Assembly: GCA_038087875.1 (NCBI GenBank)
Contig: CM075992.1
Coordinates: 3,412,001 to 3,476,000 of the forward strand
Direction: 5' to 3'
From: Malacoraja senta
Lineage: Eukaryota
Length of the DNA: 64,000 nucleotides
Shown: positions 1 to 13,027 of the stretch, one piece after another
Layout: the number at the start of each line of letters is the position of its first letter
Position numbering within the stretch: the stretch's first letter is position 1
The notes under the pieces: model-generated
The model's input: the letters and a program-made list of their open reading frames with translations, nothing else
What the model was told of the DNA's origin: nothing
The model's database searches: none
Translations under genes and position numbers: made by a program

Positions 1-78
1 GGGCCGAAGGGCCTGTTTCGGTGCTGTATCTCTAAACGAAACAACAAATAATTTGACTCATCAAAGAAAGCCATTCAC

Positions 79-3000
79 CTCTGGCGCTCAGGCTCGTCAT
101 CTCGTCCTCAATATTCTGCTTTAACACCATCATCTCCGACTTGTGGGAAACTGAAAGAGGAGAAATAAAAACAAGCACAAGGTTAGAATTGGGAAAGTAG
201 ACTGAGGCTGGTGGCAGTGTGAGATACAGGGTTGGAAAAGGGAACTCCTTGCCTTAGTGACCCTGCCGATGGCAATGGAATGATCGGACTTTACTGGCCC
301 TATGTTGCACTGTACGTTTTTCACATTATACCCTTTATCATGTATCTGTACACTGTGGATGGCTCGATTGTAATCATGTGTTGTCTTTCCGCCGACTGGT
401 TAGCACGCAGCAAAAGCTTTTCACTGTACCTCGGTTTTTGTGACAATAAACTAAACTGAACTAAACTAGAGTGGAACCAAATCGCACCAAGTACCACATT
501 TACGAAAGTTTATAGTACATGGGAGCAAATTCAGGTAAACCACCTCCACTTCGCGTCGTGGAGTCATACAGCCACCCAACTTTTTTAGTGATACAGTTTA
601 GAGATACAGCGCGGAAACAGGCCCTTCGGCCCATCAGGTCCGCACTGACCAGCGGTCCCCGTGTGTGTAGGACGCTATCATGATATATGTATTTTTACTT
701 CTATTTATTTTTTACTGCACACACTGAAATGGACACTGGTTGAGGAACGTTTTTTTGTTTCCTCTGGGTATGCGAATACTCAGGAAATGACAATAAAGAT
801 ATACAATACAATACAATACAAAACAATTGACACTTATATTGCCAGGACCTGAGGGACTGAGCTATTGGGAGAGGTTGAGAGGGCCTTGGAGCACAGGATG
901 ATGATGGAAGATAATGCAAACAAAATGTCTTGCAGAGCCAGCAAGGATTACTTGAAGTTAGAGAAATTAATATTCATATCTCTGGGTTGACTATTGTTTT
1001 TATACTTTCGGAGCCATTTATGTTTAGGCTAGCTTCTGTTTTTTTTTGTTTGTTTTTTTCAATTCAATTTATTTGTCTTTTGGACAAATTTGTCATTTGG
1101 ACCCCTTGAGGTCCAAACGAAATGTCGTTTCTGCAGCCATACAATACAAAACGAAAAAGACCCGAGACACAACACAATTTACACATACATCCATCACAAC
1201 GCTGTGATGGAAGGCCAAAAAAAACGTATCTCTCCACTGTTGGCACATTATATTATTTTGTCTGGATATGTCTTACAGTATTATTTTGGACACTTGGGGA
1301 TGGTCATTAGTTGCACAGAGTGGCGTATATATATATGGGCATAGTGGACAGGGAATGACAGACCAGGCACAGGGGTGGAAGGTATACAGTTCTCACCAGA
1401 TCGGGAGAACAGCCAGCTACAGCTTGTATGCAGAATAAGGAAAACCTGGTGCGTTAATCTCTTTGTTTGTACAACTACTTCAATACACAACCAATTAAAC
1501 TGGAAATAACGACTGGAAAATCTGGTCTATTAGGTCTGCGTAAGATCACTCCGACTCACCTGTGTAGTCATGGCAATGGAAAAGAGGAGACTGGAAAAGT
1601 CAGAAATTTGCCATTACATACACTTTGGGACTGAGTTTATGTTCTTCTATTGATGTAGTCGGTGATAGTCCACTCACCATTAGTCATGGCCTGTGAGATC
1701 TCCTCCTTGACCTGTGATGGAAATTCCTTCACACTCCTGTTCATTTGTGAATCTTAAAAGGCAGCCAGAAATAGGTGCTGTTAGTTCCGGATGTCAAGAA
1801 GATTCCCGGCAAATTCTCCAAGCATAGTCTTTCCGCTGACTGCTTAGCACGCGACAAATGCTTTTCACTGTACCTCGGTGTACAAGACAATGCTTTTCAC
1901 TGTACCTCGGTGTACAAGACAATAAACATCTTTCAGCCCACTGGAAGAGTGGGCTGAAAGATGGCAGATGGAGTTTAATGCTGATAAGTGTGAGGTGCTA
2001 CATCTTGGCAGGACAAATCAAAATAGGACGTACATGGTAAATGGTAGGGAATTGAAGAATGCAGGTGAACAGAGGGATCTTGGAATAACTGTGCACAGTT
2101 CCCTGAAAGTGGAATCTCATGTAGATAGGGTGGTAAAGAAAGCTTTTGGTGTGCTGGCTTTTATAAATCAGAGCATTGAGTATAGAAGTTGGGATGTAAT
2201 GTTAAAATTGTACAAGGCATTGGTGAGGCCAATTCTGGAGTATGGTGTACAATTTTGGTCGCCTAATTATAGGAAGGATGTCAACAAAATAGAGAGAGTA
2301 CAGAGGAGATTTACTAGAATGTTGCCTGGGTTTCAGCAACTAAGTTACAGAGAAAGGTTGAACAAGTTAGGGCTTTATTCTTTGGAGCGCAGAAGGTTAA
2401 GGGGGGACTTGATAGAGGTCTTTAAAATGATGAGAGGGATGAGACAGAGTTGACGTGGATAAGCTTTTCCCACTGAGAGTAGGGAAGATTCAAACAAGGG
2501 GACATGATTTGAGAATTAAGGGACAGAAGTTTAGGGGTAACATGAGGGGGAACTTCTTTACTCAGAGAGTGGTGGCTGTGTGGAATGAGCTTCCAGTGAA
2601 GGTGGTGGAGGCAGGTTCGTTTTTATCATTTAAAAATAAATTGGATAGTTATATGGACGGGAAAGGAATGGAGGGTTATGGTCTGAGCGCAGGTATATGG
2701 AACTAGGGGAGAATACGTGTTCGGCACGGACTAGAAGGGTCGAGATGGCCTGTTTCCGTGCTGTAATTGTTATATGGTTATATGGTTATATGGTTAAGAT
2801 ACATGAAGATAGCCACAAAAAGCTGGAGTAGCTCAGCGGGACAGTCAGCATCTCTGGAGAGAAGGAATGGGTGACGTTTTGGGTCGAGACCCTGAAGAGT
2901 TACTGCAGCAATTTGTGTCTCTCTTCGGTTTAAACCAGCATCTGCAGTTCCTTCCTACACATTTTGACCGCTCCACTGCGAAATCTCCTCAAGATATGTC

Positions 3001-4042
3001 TACTTTGAACAAGCTCCTCCTCCTTCCGACGAGTTCAGCAGAGTCTGAAGAAGGGTCTCGAGCCGAAACGTCACCCATTCCTTCTCTCCAGAGATGCTGC
3101 CTGTCCCGCTGAGTGATTCCAGCATTTTGTGTCTATCTTCGATTTAAACCAGCATCTGCAGTTCCTTCTTACACATATCGTCAGATACACGCATCTCTTA
3201 AGAATGAATGAAGTAGGGACATGCCGACTACTTACTCTTAACGAGTCCATAGATGAAGAGGATGAGCAGGACAATCAGAATCAAGGCCTTGAGGAACGGC
3301 AACCCCTTTGCACGGAAGCACGACTTGCCTAGGTTACCTGACATTTAAAACATAGTTAAAATATCATATTAAATTCCGAAAGTCCCACAGCACAAAACAG
3401 GCCGTTCAACCCAACAAGTCCAGGCTAACCCATTCACCATCACTCCAAACTAATCCCATTGGCTACCGTTTTGGGTCGAGACCCTTCTTCAGACGCCACA
3501 CATTATAATAGAAGGTAAAGACAAAAATGCTGGAGAAACTCAGCGGGTGACGCAGCATCTATGGAGAGAAGGAAATAGGAGCCGTTTCGGGTCGAGACCC
3601 ATCTTCAGACTCTTTATAATGGTCAATTAACAAGAATACAGCTGAAACAAATGTTCAGGTTAATTTGGACATTGTTGAAGTCCCAGGAAGACATTCGTCA
3701 AGAGTCAAGAGTGTTTTATTGTCATATGTCCCAGACACAACCATGACACTCTTTTACCTGCAGCGGCAAGAATATGTGAACATAATACTATGTAAACAGT
3801 ATAATAAACAAGAAAAAAAGTTCACTGCGTATATACGCACGCTCACACACACACACACACATATATATATACATACATACACATACACACATACATACAC
3901 ACACATGCATATATATTTCTGTGTGGATGTATGTATATATATATATATGTGTGTATGTGAGTATATCTGAGTATGTGTACAGTATATACACTTGCTTTTC
4001 ATATATATACATACACACACACATATATATGCACGTATATAC

Positions 4043-4097
<55 letters not shown>

Positions 4098-4137
4098 CAT
4101 ACACACACACATATATATCAATACATATATATGAACG

Positions 4138-4187
<50 letters not shown>

Positions 4188-4226
4188 CATACACACACAC
4201 ATATATATCAATACATATATATGAAC

Positions 4227-4281
<55 letters not shown>

Positions 4282-4797
4282 CATACACACACACATATAT
4301 ATCAATACATATATATGAACACATATATATATATATATATACACACACACATACACATATATATATACATATATATGTATGTATGTATATATACACACAG
4401 ACTCACACATATACGTACATACATATATTCACAAGCACACATACGTACACATAAAACCCCCCAATAATGGTGCAATAATAACAATGATAATCTATGTAGT
4501 TCAGAGCTTATTTGGAGGTTACAGTATATTGTTTAATAGCCTAATGGCTGTAGAGAAGAAGCTAATGAAATCATAAATAAGTTCCTAACCAATACTCAAC
4601 CCTCAGCCAAAGCCAACGTGATATACATGAAGTGGACAGCTCCCATTATCTTTGGCCAAATCACCAGTGAATACAAACTCACAAAGGCACATTTCTTCTG
4701 ATCCACACTAAAAGATACCTGTTGTCCACCTGGCCTTCTGATGCTTTTGTTGATCGCCAAGGTTGAAATTTTCGAAGTCATCATAAGCAGGATCCAT
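79..4797 (-). CDS. Gene C (5' part): paralogous type II membrane lectin-like gene continuing off the left edge
   Basis: Phase-1 exons: 4797-4719 (MDPAYDDFENFNLGDQQKHQKARWTT), 3337-3236 (TM: GNLGKSCFRAKGLPFLKALILIVLLILFIYGLVK), 1752-1678 (NSQMNRSVKEFPSQVKEEISQAMTN), 150-79 (VSHKSEMMVLKQNIEDEMTSLSAR). The CTLD is not in the window. Confidence 0.8.
1945..2795 (+). mobile_element. CR1-clade LINE 3' fragment, frameshifted
   Basis: LYKALVRPILEY..QFWSP, RRRLRGDLIE, FFTQRVV; (TATATGGT)n tail. Confidence 0.9.
3830..4452. repeat. Compound (CA)n/(TA)n microsatellite in gene C intron 1
   Basis: Low-complexity run with ~60-bp higher-order periodicity. Confidence 0.95.
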
Positions 4798-4863
4798 TGC
4801 CCTTCCCGCAAGACGGGGCAGATACTGGGAGGCAGCCCACTGGCTTTAGTAGGGAGTGGCTTG

Positions 4864-4870
4864 TTTTATA
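4864..4870 (-). promoter_or_regulatory. Candidate TATA box of gene C
   Basis: TATAAAA on the minus strand ~70 nt upstream of the ATG at 4797. Confidence 0.5.
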
Positions 4871-7231
4871 AATAGTATTGCACCACCCATCCCCTTCCAA
4901 CCACACGTTGACGAATTGAAACCAGCTTTGGAAATGCTGACATGGACTATTGTAGATATTCTAAAAATATTAGGAAAGGAACAGAGATAATGCAAGATCT
5001 GTAACCCTCAGCAAAATTAAAGCAAACATTTCCGCAATGGGAACATCTCTCAATTGCCAAAGAGCGAGAGTTCCTGCCTCACAGCGGCAGAGACCCTGGT
5101 TCGATCCTGACTACGGGTACTGTCTGTGCTGTTTGTACGATCTCCCCATGACCCGTGTGGGGTTTTCTCCGGGTTCTCTGGCTTCTCCCACACTCCAAAG
5201 ACGTGCAGGTTTGTAGGCTAATTGGCTCGTGTAAAATTGGACACAGGACTGTGGATGACTTGGAAAGGAGTCAGGTTGATGGTAAACCATGCATTGGATT
5301 CTTTCGAGATTCATCAGTTACACCCAGTAACATTTCAGCAACTGATTATTAGAAACTCACATAGACAGTGTACTATTGATAGAATCACTGGATATCCTCA
5401 GGAAAAAAGGTGTGCTTACAATCTTTAGTTGTAGCTGGCAAATTCATTTCACTTGCACTTTAAGTGCAAGTGATGAATAAAACTGATATTGATATTGATA
5501 TTGGAGATAATGTGGACAAAATAAATTTCTTGCAAAGCCAGTTTAGTTTTTAGTTCAGAGATACAGCGCGGAAACAGGCCCTTCGGCCCACCGAGTCTGC
5601 ACTGACCAGCGATCCCCGCATATTGACACAATCCTACACACACTAGGGCCAATTTACACTTCCACCAAGTATACCAACCCAAGCCAATTAACTTACAAAC
5701 TTGCACATCTTTGGAGTGTGGGAGGAAACTGAAGATCTCGGAGAAAACCCAAGCGGTCACGGGGAGAACGTACAAACTCCGTACAGACAGCACCCATGGT
5801 CAGGATCGAACCCGGGTCTTTGGCGCTGTAAGCACTGCAAGGCAGCAACTCTACTGCTGAATATAATTTGTGGGGAGTGTACAGAGTGCAACATACAGAG
5901 CCTAATTGTAGGTGGCAGGTGGAGAGTGGATACAAAAAATAGAGGTGATTCACTTTGTGGGGGGGACAGAGAAATATAACTTAGTTTAGAGATACAGCGT
6001 GGAAACAGACACTTTGTCCTACTGAGTCCACGCCGTCCTTCGATCACCCATACACTAGTTCTATGTTATCCCACTTTTGCATCTTACACACCAGGGGCAA
6101 TCTACAGCGAGCAATTATTCTACAAACCTGTACGTCTTTGGAATGTGGGAGGAAACCGGAGCACCCGGAGAAAAGCCACGCGGTCACAGGGGGAACGTAC
6201 AAACTCCACACGGACAGCACCCACAGGATCAAACCCGCTCTCTGGCGCTGTGAGGCAGCAACTCTACCGCTGCACCACCTTGCCTCTCTTTCAATCAGTT
6301 CGGTAAAATACTTCAGGGTTTTTTTGGCCCAAGTTTTATGGTTATTAATTTATAGATTTAAAAAAAATGATATCCGTCTGTGTGCATTGTGTTTATGGGC
6401 CTGTTATGCTGCAAGTAAGAATATTATTGTTCCCAGAAGATCTACAGTAACTGAGTAGTTTTAATAAGTGATAGGAGTTAAAATGCAGCTGCTATGAATC
6501 AGTCAAGAGTCAATCATAGGTAGACAAAAATGCTGGAGAAACTCAGCGGGTGCAGCAGCATCTAAGGAGCGAAGGAAATAGGTAACGTTTCGGGCCGAAA
6601 CCCTTCTTCAGACTGATAGGGGGTGGGGAGAAGAAAGGAAAAAAGGAAAAAGGCGGAGGAGGAGCCTGAGGGCTGGGGGAGGGGAGGAGACAACCAGAGG
6701 GCTGATGAAGGGGAGGGGACAGCAAGGGCTAGCAGAATTGGGAGAATTCTGAGAGTCAATCATAAACGGATCAATGATATTCTTACTTGCAGCAGCTTAA
6801 TAGTCTTGTAAACACAAAACGCGCAGATCAATATAATAATAAAAAATGCTATAAATTAATAGCAATGATATTAGTGCTAAAAATTCCCCAAAGTCCGTAA
6901 TGCAACCAAAGACACAGTCCATAGTAGTTCATAGTTGAGGTTAGTGTGTTTAGAATTTAGACTTTATAGATACAGCGCGGAAACAGGCCCATCGGCCCAC
7001 CGAGTCCACACCGACCAGCGATCACACCTTATATTAACACTAACGCACACACTAGGGACAATTTACAATTTTACCGAAGTCAATTTACCTGCAAACCCGC
7101 ACGTCCTTGGAGTGTGGGAGGAAACCGGAGCAAACGCACGCGGTCACAGGGAGAACATGCAAACTCTGTACAGCCAGCACCTGTAGTCAGGATCGAACCC
7201 GTAACTATGGTGCTGTAAGGCAGCAACTCTA

Positions 7232-9608
7232 TAATAATAATAATAATAATACATTTTATTTATATAGCGCTTTTCAAGGACTCAAAGTCGCTTTACATTG
7301 AGAGTCAAAAAACAAAACAAAATAGAGCAGTAAGACAGAGATGCAAAGGGGAGGGGGACATGGGACTAAGGGTGTGCAGTGGTGGGTCTTGAGGCGGGAC
7401 TGGAGGATGGTGAGGGACTCAGAATTTCGGATCAGTTGTGGGAGGGAGTTCCAGAGCCTGGGAGCTGCCCTGGAGAAGGCTCTGCCTCCAAAAGTGCAGA
7501 GGTTGGATTTCGGAATGGAGAGGAGACCGGCTGATGTGGATCTGAGGGACCGTGAGGGTTGGTAGGGGGAGAGGAGGTCAGTGAGAAAAGGGGGGGCCAA
7601 GTGGTTGAGGGCTTTGTAGGTGAGGACCAGGATTTTGTAGATGATCCGGTGGGAAATGGGAAGCCAGTGAAGTTCTTTGAGAACTGGGGTGATGTGGTGC
7701 CAGGATTTGGTGTGGGTGATGAGTCGGGCGGCTGCATTCTGGACCAGTTGGAGTCTGTTGATGTTGCTGGAATTAATGCCAAAGAGAAGAGAGTTAGAGT
7801 AGTCCAGTCGGGAGGAGATGAAGGCATGGATGAGTCTTTCAGCAGCGGGGGGTGTGAGAGAGGGTCTGATTTTGGCAATGTTGCGGAGGTGAAAAAATGA
7901 TGTTTTGACAACATGGCGGATGTGAGGCTCAAGGGAGAGGGTTGAGTCAAAGATCACGCCAAGGTTGCGTGCCTGAGGAGATGGGGAGACAGTGGTGCCG
8001 TCAATAGTGAGAGTGGGGTTGTTAATTTTGGTAAGTGTTGATTTGGAGCCAATGAGGAGAAATTCTGTTTTGTTACTGTTTAATTTAAGGAAGTTGAGTT
8101 GCATCCAAGATTTGATGGCTGACAGGCAGGAGTTGATATGGGAGAGAGGGGGGTGGTGGGGGGACTTGGTGCTGAGATAGATCTGGGTGTCATCAGCATA
8201 GCAGTGGAAGTCCAGGTTGAAGTGACGGAGTATATGACCAAGGGGGAGGATGTAGATGATGAAGAGGAGGGGACCAAGAACGGAGCCTTGGGGAACGCCT
8301 TGAGTGACAGTGGCTGTGGCAAAGGTGTGGTTATGGAGAGAGATGAAGTGCGATCGGTTGGAAAGGTAGGAATGGAGCCAGCTGAGTGCAGAACCTTCAA
8401 TGCCAAGGTCTTTTAGTCTGGTAAGCAGGATGTTATGGTTCACGGTATCGAAGGCTGCACTCAGGTCGAGGAGGATGAGGATGTTGAGGGAGCCAGAGTC
8501 AGCAGAGGTGAGGAGGTCGTTGAGGACTTTGAGGAGAGCAGTTTCTGTGCTATGGAGGGGGCGAAAGCCAGATTGGAGGGGTTCGAATAGGTTATACGCG
8601 AGGAGGTGGGAATGAAGTTGTGACGCGACGATACGCTCCAGGGTTTTTGAAAGAAAGGGGAGGTTTGAGATAGGGCGGTAGTTAATGAGAGAGGAGGGAT
8701 CAAGACCAGGTTTCTTTAAGATTGGTGTGACAGCAGCAGTTTTGAAAGCAGAGGGGACAATTCCTTGGGACAATGAGGAGTTGAAGAGATTAGTGAGGTA
8801 GGGGCAGAGAGCGGGGAGGCAGGATTTCAGCAGGGGAGTGGGGAGAGGTTCGAGGGAGCAGGTAGTGGGTTTGGAAGAGCTGATGAGTTTGGAGATTTCA
8901 GTAGGGGTGACCGGGTCAAACTGGGAGAGGAAGCAGTGTGGAGGAGGGGTAAGGAGGTCAGTGGAGATGTTGGAAGGAGGGGCCTTGGTAGGTGGTGGAG
9001 TAGATGCTGGGGAGTCGGGTACAGGGGATAGAGATTGATAGATGGTGCTGATTTTGTCAGCGAAAAAGTGGAGGAATGAGTTGCAGAGATCCGGAGTGGA
9101 GGTAGGGAGAGTGATGGCTCGAGGCTTGAGGAGGTTGCACACTGTGGAGAAGAGGGTTCTGTGGTTTAGGCAGGGGTCGGTGAATATGGAGGAGAGGTAT
9201 GCAGATTTAACAGCAATGAGGGCATCTTTGTAGGCAGTGAGGTGGAGTTTGTAAGCTTCATGGTGGACTGTGAGAGGTGATTTCTTTATGAGTCGTTCAA
9301 GTCGGCGACCAATCTGTTTCAGCTTACGAAGTGCAGGTGTGTACCAGGGTGAAGATTTATTAAAAAGTTACGGTTCTTGTTTTGAGGGGGGCCAGAGTGT
9401 TAAGGGAGGTAGACAAGGTGGAATTGAGATGGTTTGTGAGATCATCAGGTGAGATGTGGGTTGAGTCCAGGGGGAGAGTGGTGGAGAGCAGGTCAGAGAG
9501 ATGGTGGGGGTCGATGGATTTTAGATTACGGAAGGTGATTTCTCGGAGGAAGCGGGGGCGAGGTGTCGGAGAAGGGATGGTGAACCGTATAAGCTTATGA
9601 TCAGAGAG
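7232..9608 (-). mobile_element. 5'-truncated L2-clade LINE (ORF2 reverse transcriptase) inserted in a SINE
   Basis: 622-aa ORF with NYRPISNL, LDLSAAFD, GVPQGSVLGP, YADD; (TAT)n tail; the SINE resumes at 9609. Confidence 0.92.
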
Positions 9609-10086
9609 CTCTACCGCTGCACCACTGCACGACACTAACTAAACGAGGAACTGTGAACAGTCTTTGATTGCACTGAGTACTTTGGCCTTTTTGCATTAAT
9701 ATCGAGGATTCACCCTATCGTGTGGTGTTGAAGCGTTTGATGGTTGATGGGAAGAAGCTGTTATTAAAACCTTGTGGGCACAGCATTCAGTCTCCTGTAG
9801 CTTCTGCCTGATGGCAGGAGTGAAACGAGAGTGTGGCCCGGGTGGTGTGGGTCCTCAATGATGCTGGCTGCCTTTTTGAGGCAGCGACTCGCTATAACAG
9901 CAGAGTTCATGTTGAATTATTGGTATTGGTTTATTGTTGTCACATACGTCTCGTAAAAAGCACAATGGTCTTTACCGGAATCCATGAAGAAAGAAGACCG
10001 TTTAGTTCAGTTTAGTTTAGATCATTCTACCTGCTACCTTCAGGTAGAAGGTACATGAGCCTGAGGACTGCAACGTCCAGGTTCAG

Positions 10087-10560
10087 AGAAACATAGAAAC
10101 ATAGAAAATAGGTGCAGGAGGAGGCCATTCGGCCCTTTGAGCCTGCACCGCCATTCAATATGATCATGGCTGATCATCCAACTCAGTATCCCGTACCTGC
10201 CTTCTCTCCATACCCCCTGAACCCTTTAGCCACAAGGGCCACATCTAACTCCCTCTTAAATATAGCCAATGAACTGGCCTCAACTACCCTCTGTGGCAGA
10301 GAGTTCCAGAGATTCACCACTCTCTGTGTGAAAAAGTTTTTTCTCATCTCGGTCTTAAAGGATTTCCCCCTTATCCTTAAGCTGTGATCCCTTGTCCTGG
10401 ACTTCCCCAACATCGGGAACAATCTTCCTGCATCTAACCTGTCCAACCCCATAAGAATTTTGTACGTTTCTATAAGATCCCCTCTCAATCTCCTAAATTC
10501 TAGCGAGTATAAGCCAAGTCTATCCAGTCTTTCTTCATATGAAAGTCCTGACATCCCAGG
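10087..10560 (-). mobile_element. CR1 LINE 3' fragment nested in a Rex1-like fragment
   Basis: CR1 RT C-terminus; (TTTCTATG)n tail. Confidence 0.88.
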
Positions 10561-12894
10561 ACTATTAAACTCAACTGAAACAAAACTCTGAACATTAATA
10601 GCCCATTATCTGTTTATTTGCACTTTATCTGTTTATTTATTCATGTGTGTATATATTTATATAACGGTACATGGACACACTGATCTGTTCTGTATTCATG
10701 CCTACTATGTTCTGTTGTGCTGAAGCAAATCAAGAATGTCATTGTCCTATCAGGGACACATGACAATAAACTCTCTTGACTTGATTTGACCATTATTGTC
10801 ACGTGCACCGAGATACAGTGAAAAGCTTTTTGTTGCATGCTACGCAGTCAACGGAAAGCCTATACATGACTACAATCGTGCCGTCAACAGTGTACAGATA
10901 CAGGATAAACAGAATGAATGAATGAATAAGCCTATTGGCCAAGTATATTCACCTACAAGGAATTTGCCTCGGCGCTCCGCCCGCAAGTGACAACATGACA
11001 TACAGTGACAGGTAGGAATGACACATAAAACATTAAACATTATGAATAAAACATGATCGATGTTTTATACAATAACATGTGTGGCAAGATAAAGTCCAAT
11101 AAGGTCTGAAGAAGGGTCTCAAACTGAACTGTCAGCCATTCCTTTGCTCCAGAGATGCTGCCTGTCCTGCTGAGTTACTGCCACATTTAGTGTCTACGGT
11201 GTAAACCAGCATCTGCAGTTCCTTCCAACACAGGCCTGATTCAAGATAGTTTGAAGGTCTCCAATCAGGTAGATGGGAGCGTTTAATACAATGGAGAACC
11301 ATGAATGACAAGAACAAATTGTTACAGTAGAAGATAAGAAGGACAGACTCGTCTTGAATAAAGGCATCCAACAGCATTTCACAACCATTGATGTACTTTT
11401 ATTTGAACATGTTTATTGTTATCATCTAACAAACATTACAGCAAATTTATACACAGTAAGCTCCACAAAGGACCATGTGAAATTAAGCAGATATTAGTCG
11501 TTACTAAAGCTGAGCGGAGGAGAAATACTAACCAGACCATCAGAGAGTATCTTCCCGTTAAAAAAAATATTGCTTTGATATTTGTTAACCTTAAAATTAT
11601 CTATTGACTTGCCCTCCACAGCCTTCTGTAGCAATGAATTCCATAGATTCACCACTTCTAGACAAATGAAAACACATCAATATGAAACATCTATAGTTCT
11701 GTCTGATGAAAGGTCTCTGCCCGAAACGTCACCTATTCCTTTTCTCCAGACATGTTGCCCAACCCGCTGAGTTACACCAGCATCTTCTGTCTATCTCCGG
11801 TGTAAACCAGCATCAGACTCACCATCGAGCTGTGGACTCACCATCGTGGGGCTGGCCGGCCTCGGAGCGCGGGGGGCGGTGGTGACTCGTTGCTGCGGCC
11901 CGACTCCGGAGCTCCAGCTGCAGCTGCAGACCCGTGGACTGGGACATCGGGAGCTGGCGGGTCCGGGTGAGAGACCGCTTTCCGGAGCTCCCGCAACGCA
12001 GCTTCTCCAGCTCGAGTCGCGGGGTTGGAACGACCCGGAGCGGGGCTGTAAATCGCCCAGCGCGGCTTTAATGGCCGCAGGACATTCCAGCGCCCGCCGG
12101 GGGCTCCAACTTGTGACTTTGGGCCCGGAGCGAGGCCGTACACCGCCAGGCGCGGCCTCAACGGCCGTGGGACTTAACATTGCCCGCCTGGGGCTTCAAC
12201 ATCGGGACAAAAATGGTGCAGGGGAGAGAAAAGACTTTGCCTTCCATCACAGTGAGGAGGAGATTCACTGTGATGGATGTTTTTCTGTAGATTGAATTGT
12301 TTGTGTGTCGTGTAGGAATTGTTTTGTTTGTATGGCTGTGGAAATGGAATTTCGTTTGAGCCTCTTTGAGGTTCAAATGACAAGAAATAAAATCTAATCT
12401 AATCTAAATTTGCAGTTCCTTCTTATACACTTATATTTCTTTGCCATATAACTCTAACTTTCTCAATGGGCAAGACTAGATAGGTATCTAGGTTGGCATG
12501 GGCAAGTCGGGCCGAAGGGCCTGTCTCTGTGCTGTATTATTCTATGTCTATTTTAAATGATAATTATAATCTGAATATTAAATGTCACTCATATTTCATA
12601 ATTTAAAAAAAAATGTATAATTAAAAATGCGCTAATTCCAGGAACGGTACAACCAGCTGAGATAATGTGTAGGAAGGAACTTCAGATGCTGGTTTACACC
12701 GAAGATAGACACAAAATGCTGGAGTAACTCAGCGGGACAGGCAGCATCTCTGGAGAGAAGGAATGGGTGACGTTTCCAGTCGAGACCTTTCTTCAGAGTT
12801 TGGTGCATTGTCATTTGCCTGACACTTTGTACTTCTTCCAGAGAGCGACTGCCAACGTCAGCTGGTGGCAATTTCAAGACCAGTATTGCGAAGT

Positions 12895-13027
12895 TCATGC
12901 TAGGCTTTTCTCACAAATCCATCTGAATTTGGTGTTGCAGCCGATGTCGTTCCAATATCCTCTGTTGTCAATGTGGGCACAGTCCTCACTGTTTTGGGCA
13001 TTATTGGGTTCACCGGCAGCCCAGAAC
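12895..13027 (-). CDS. Gene A CTLD exon 3 (KFWAAGEPNNAQNSEDCAHIDNRGYWNDIGCNTKFRWICEKSLA*)
   Basis: EPN and WND motifs of Ca2+-dependent mannose-type lectins; phase-2 AAG acceptor; TGA stop. Confidence 0.95.

Noticed and set aside
1396..1445. Additional gene C exon
   Set aside because: About 49 nt, with a stop in the required phase
3665..4576. Overlapping Y/I/H/T/V/C-rich ORFs
   Set aside because: Translations of a CA/TA microsatellite
4596..4811. 71-aa ORF as gene C's TM exon
   Set aside because: Different frame from the YDDF exon; the TM exon with good splice sites is 3337-3236
11791..12295. GC-rich overlapping ORFs or CpG-island gene
   Set aside because: No recognisable domain or splice context; its 3' part resembles the repeat at ~20380-20540 and ends in an (AATCT)n tail
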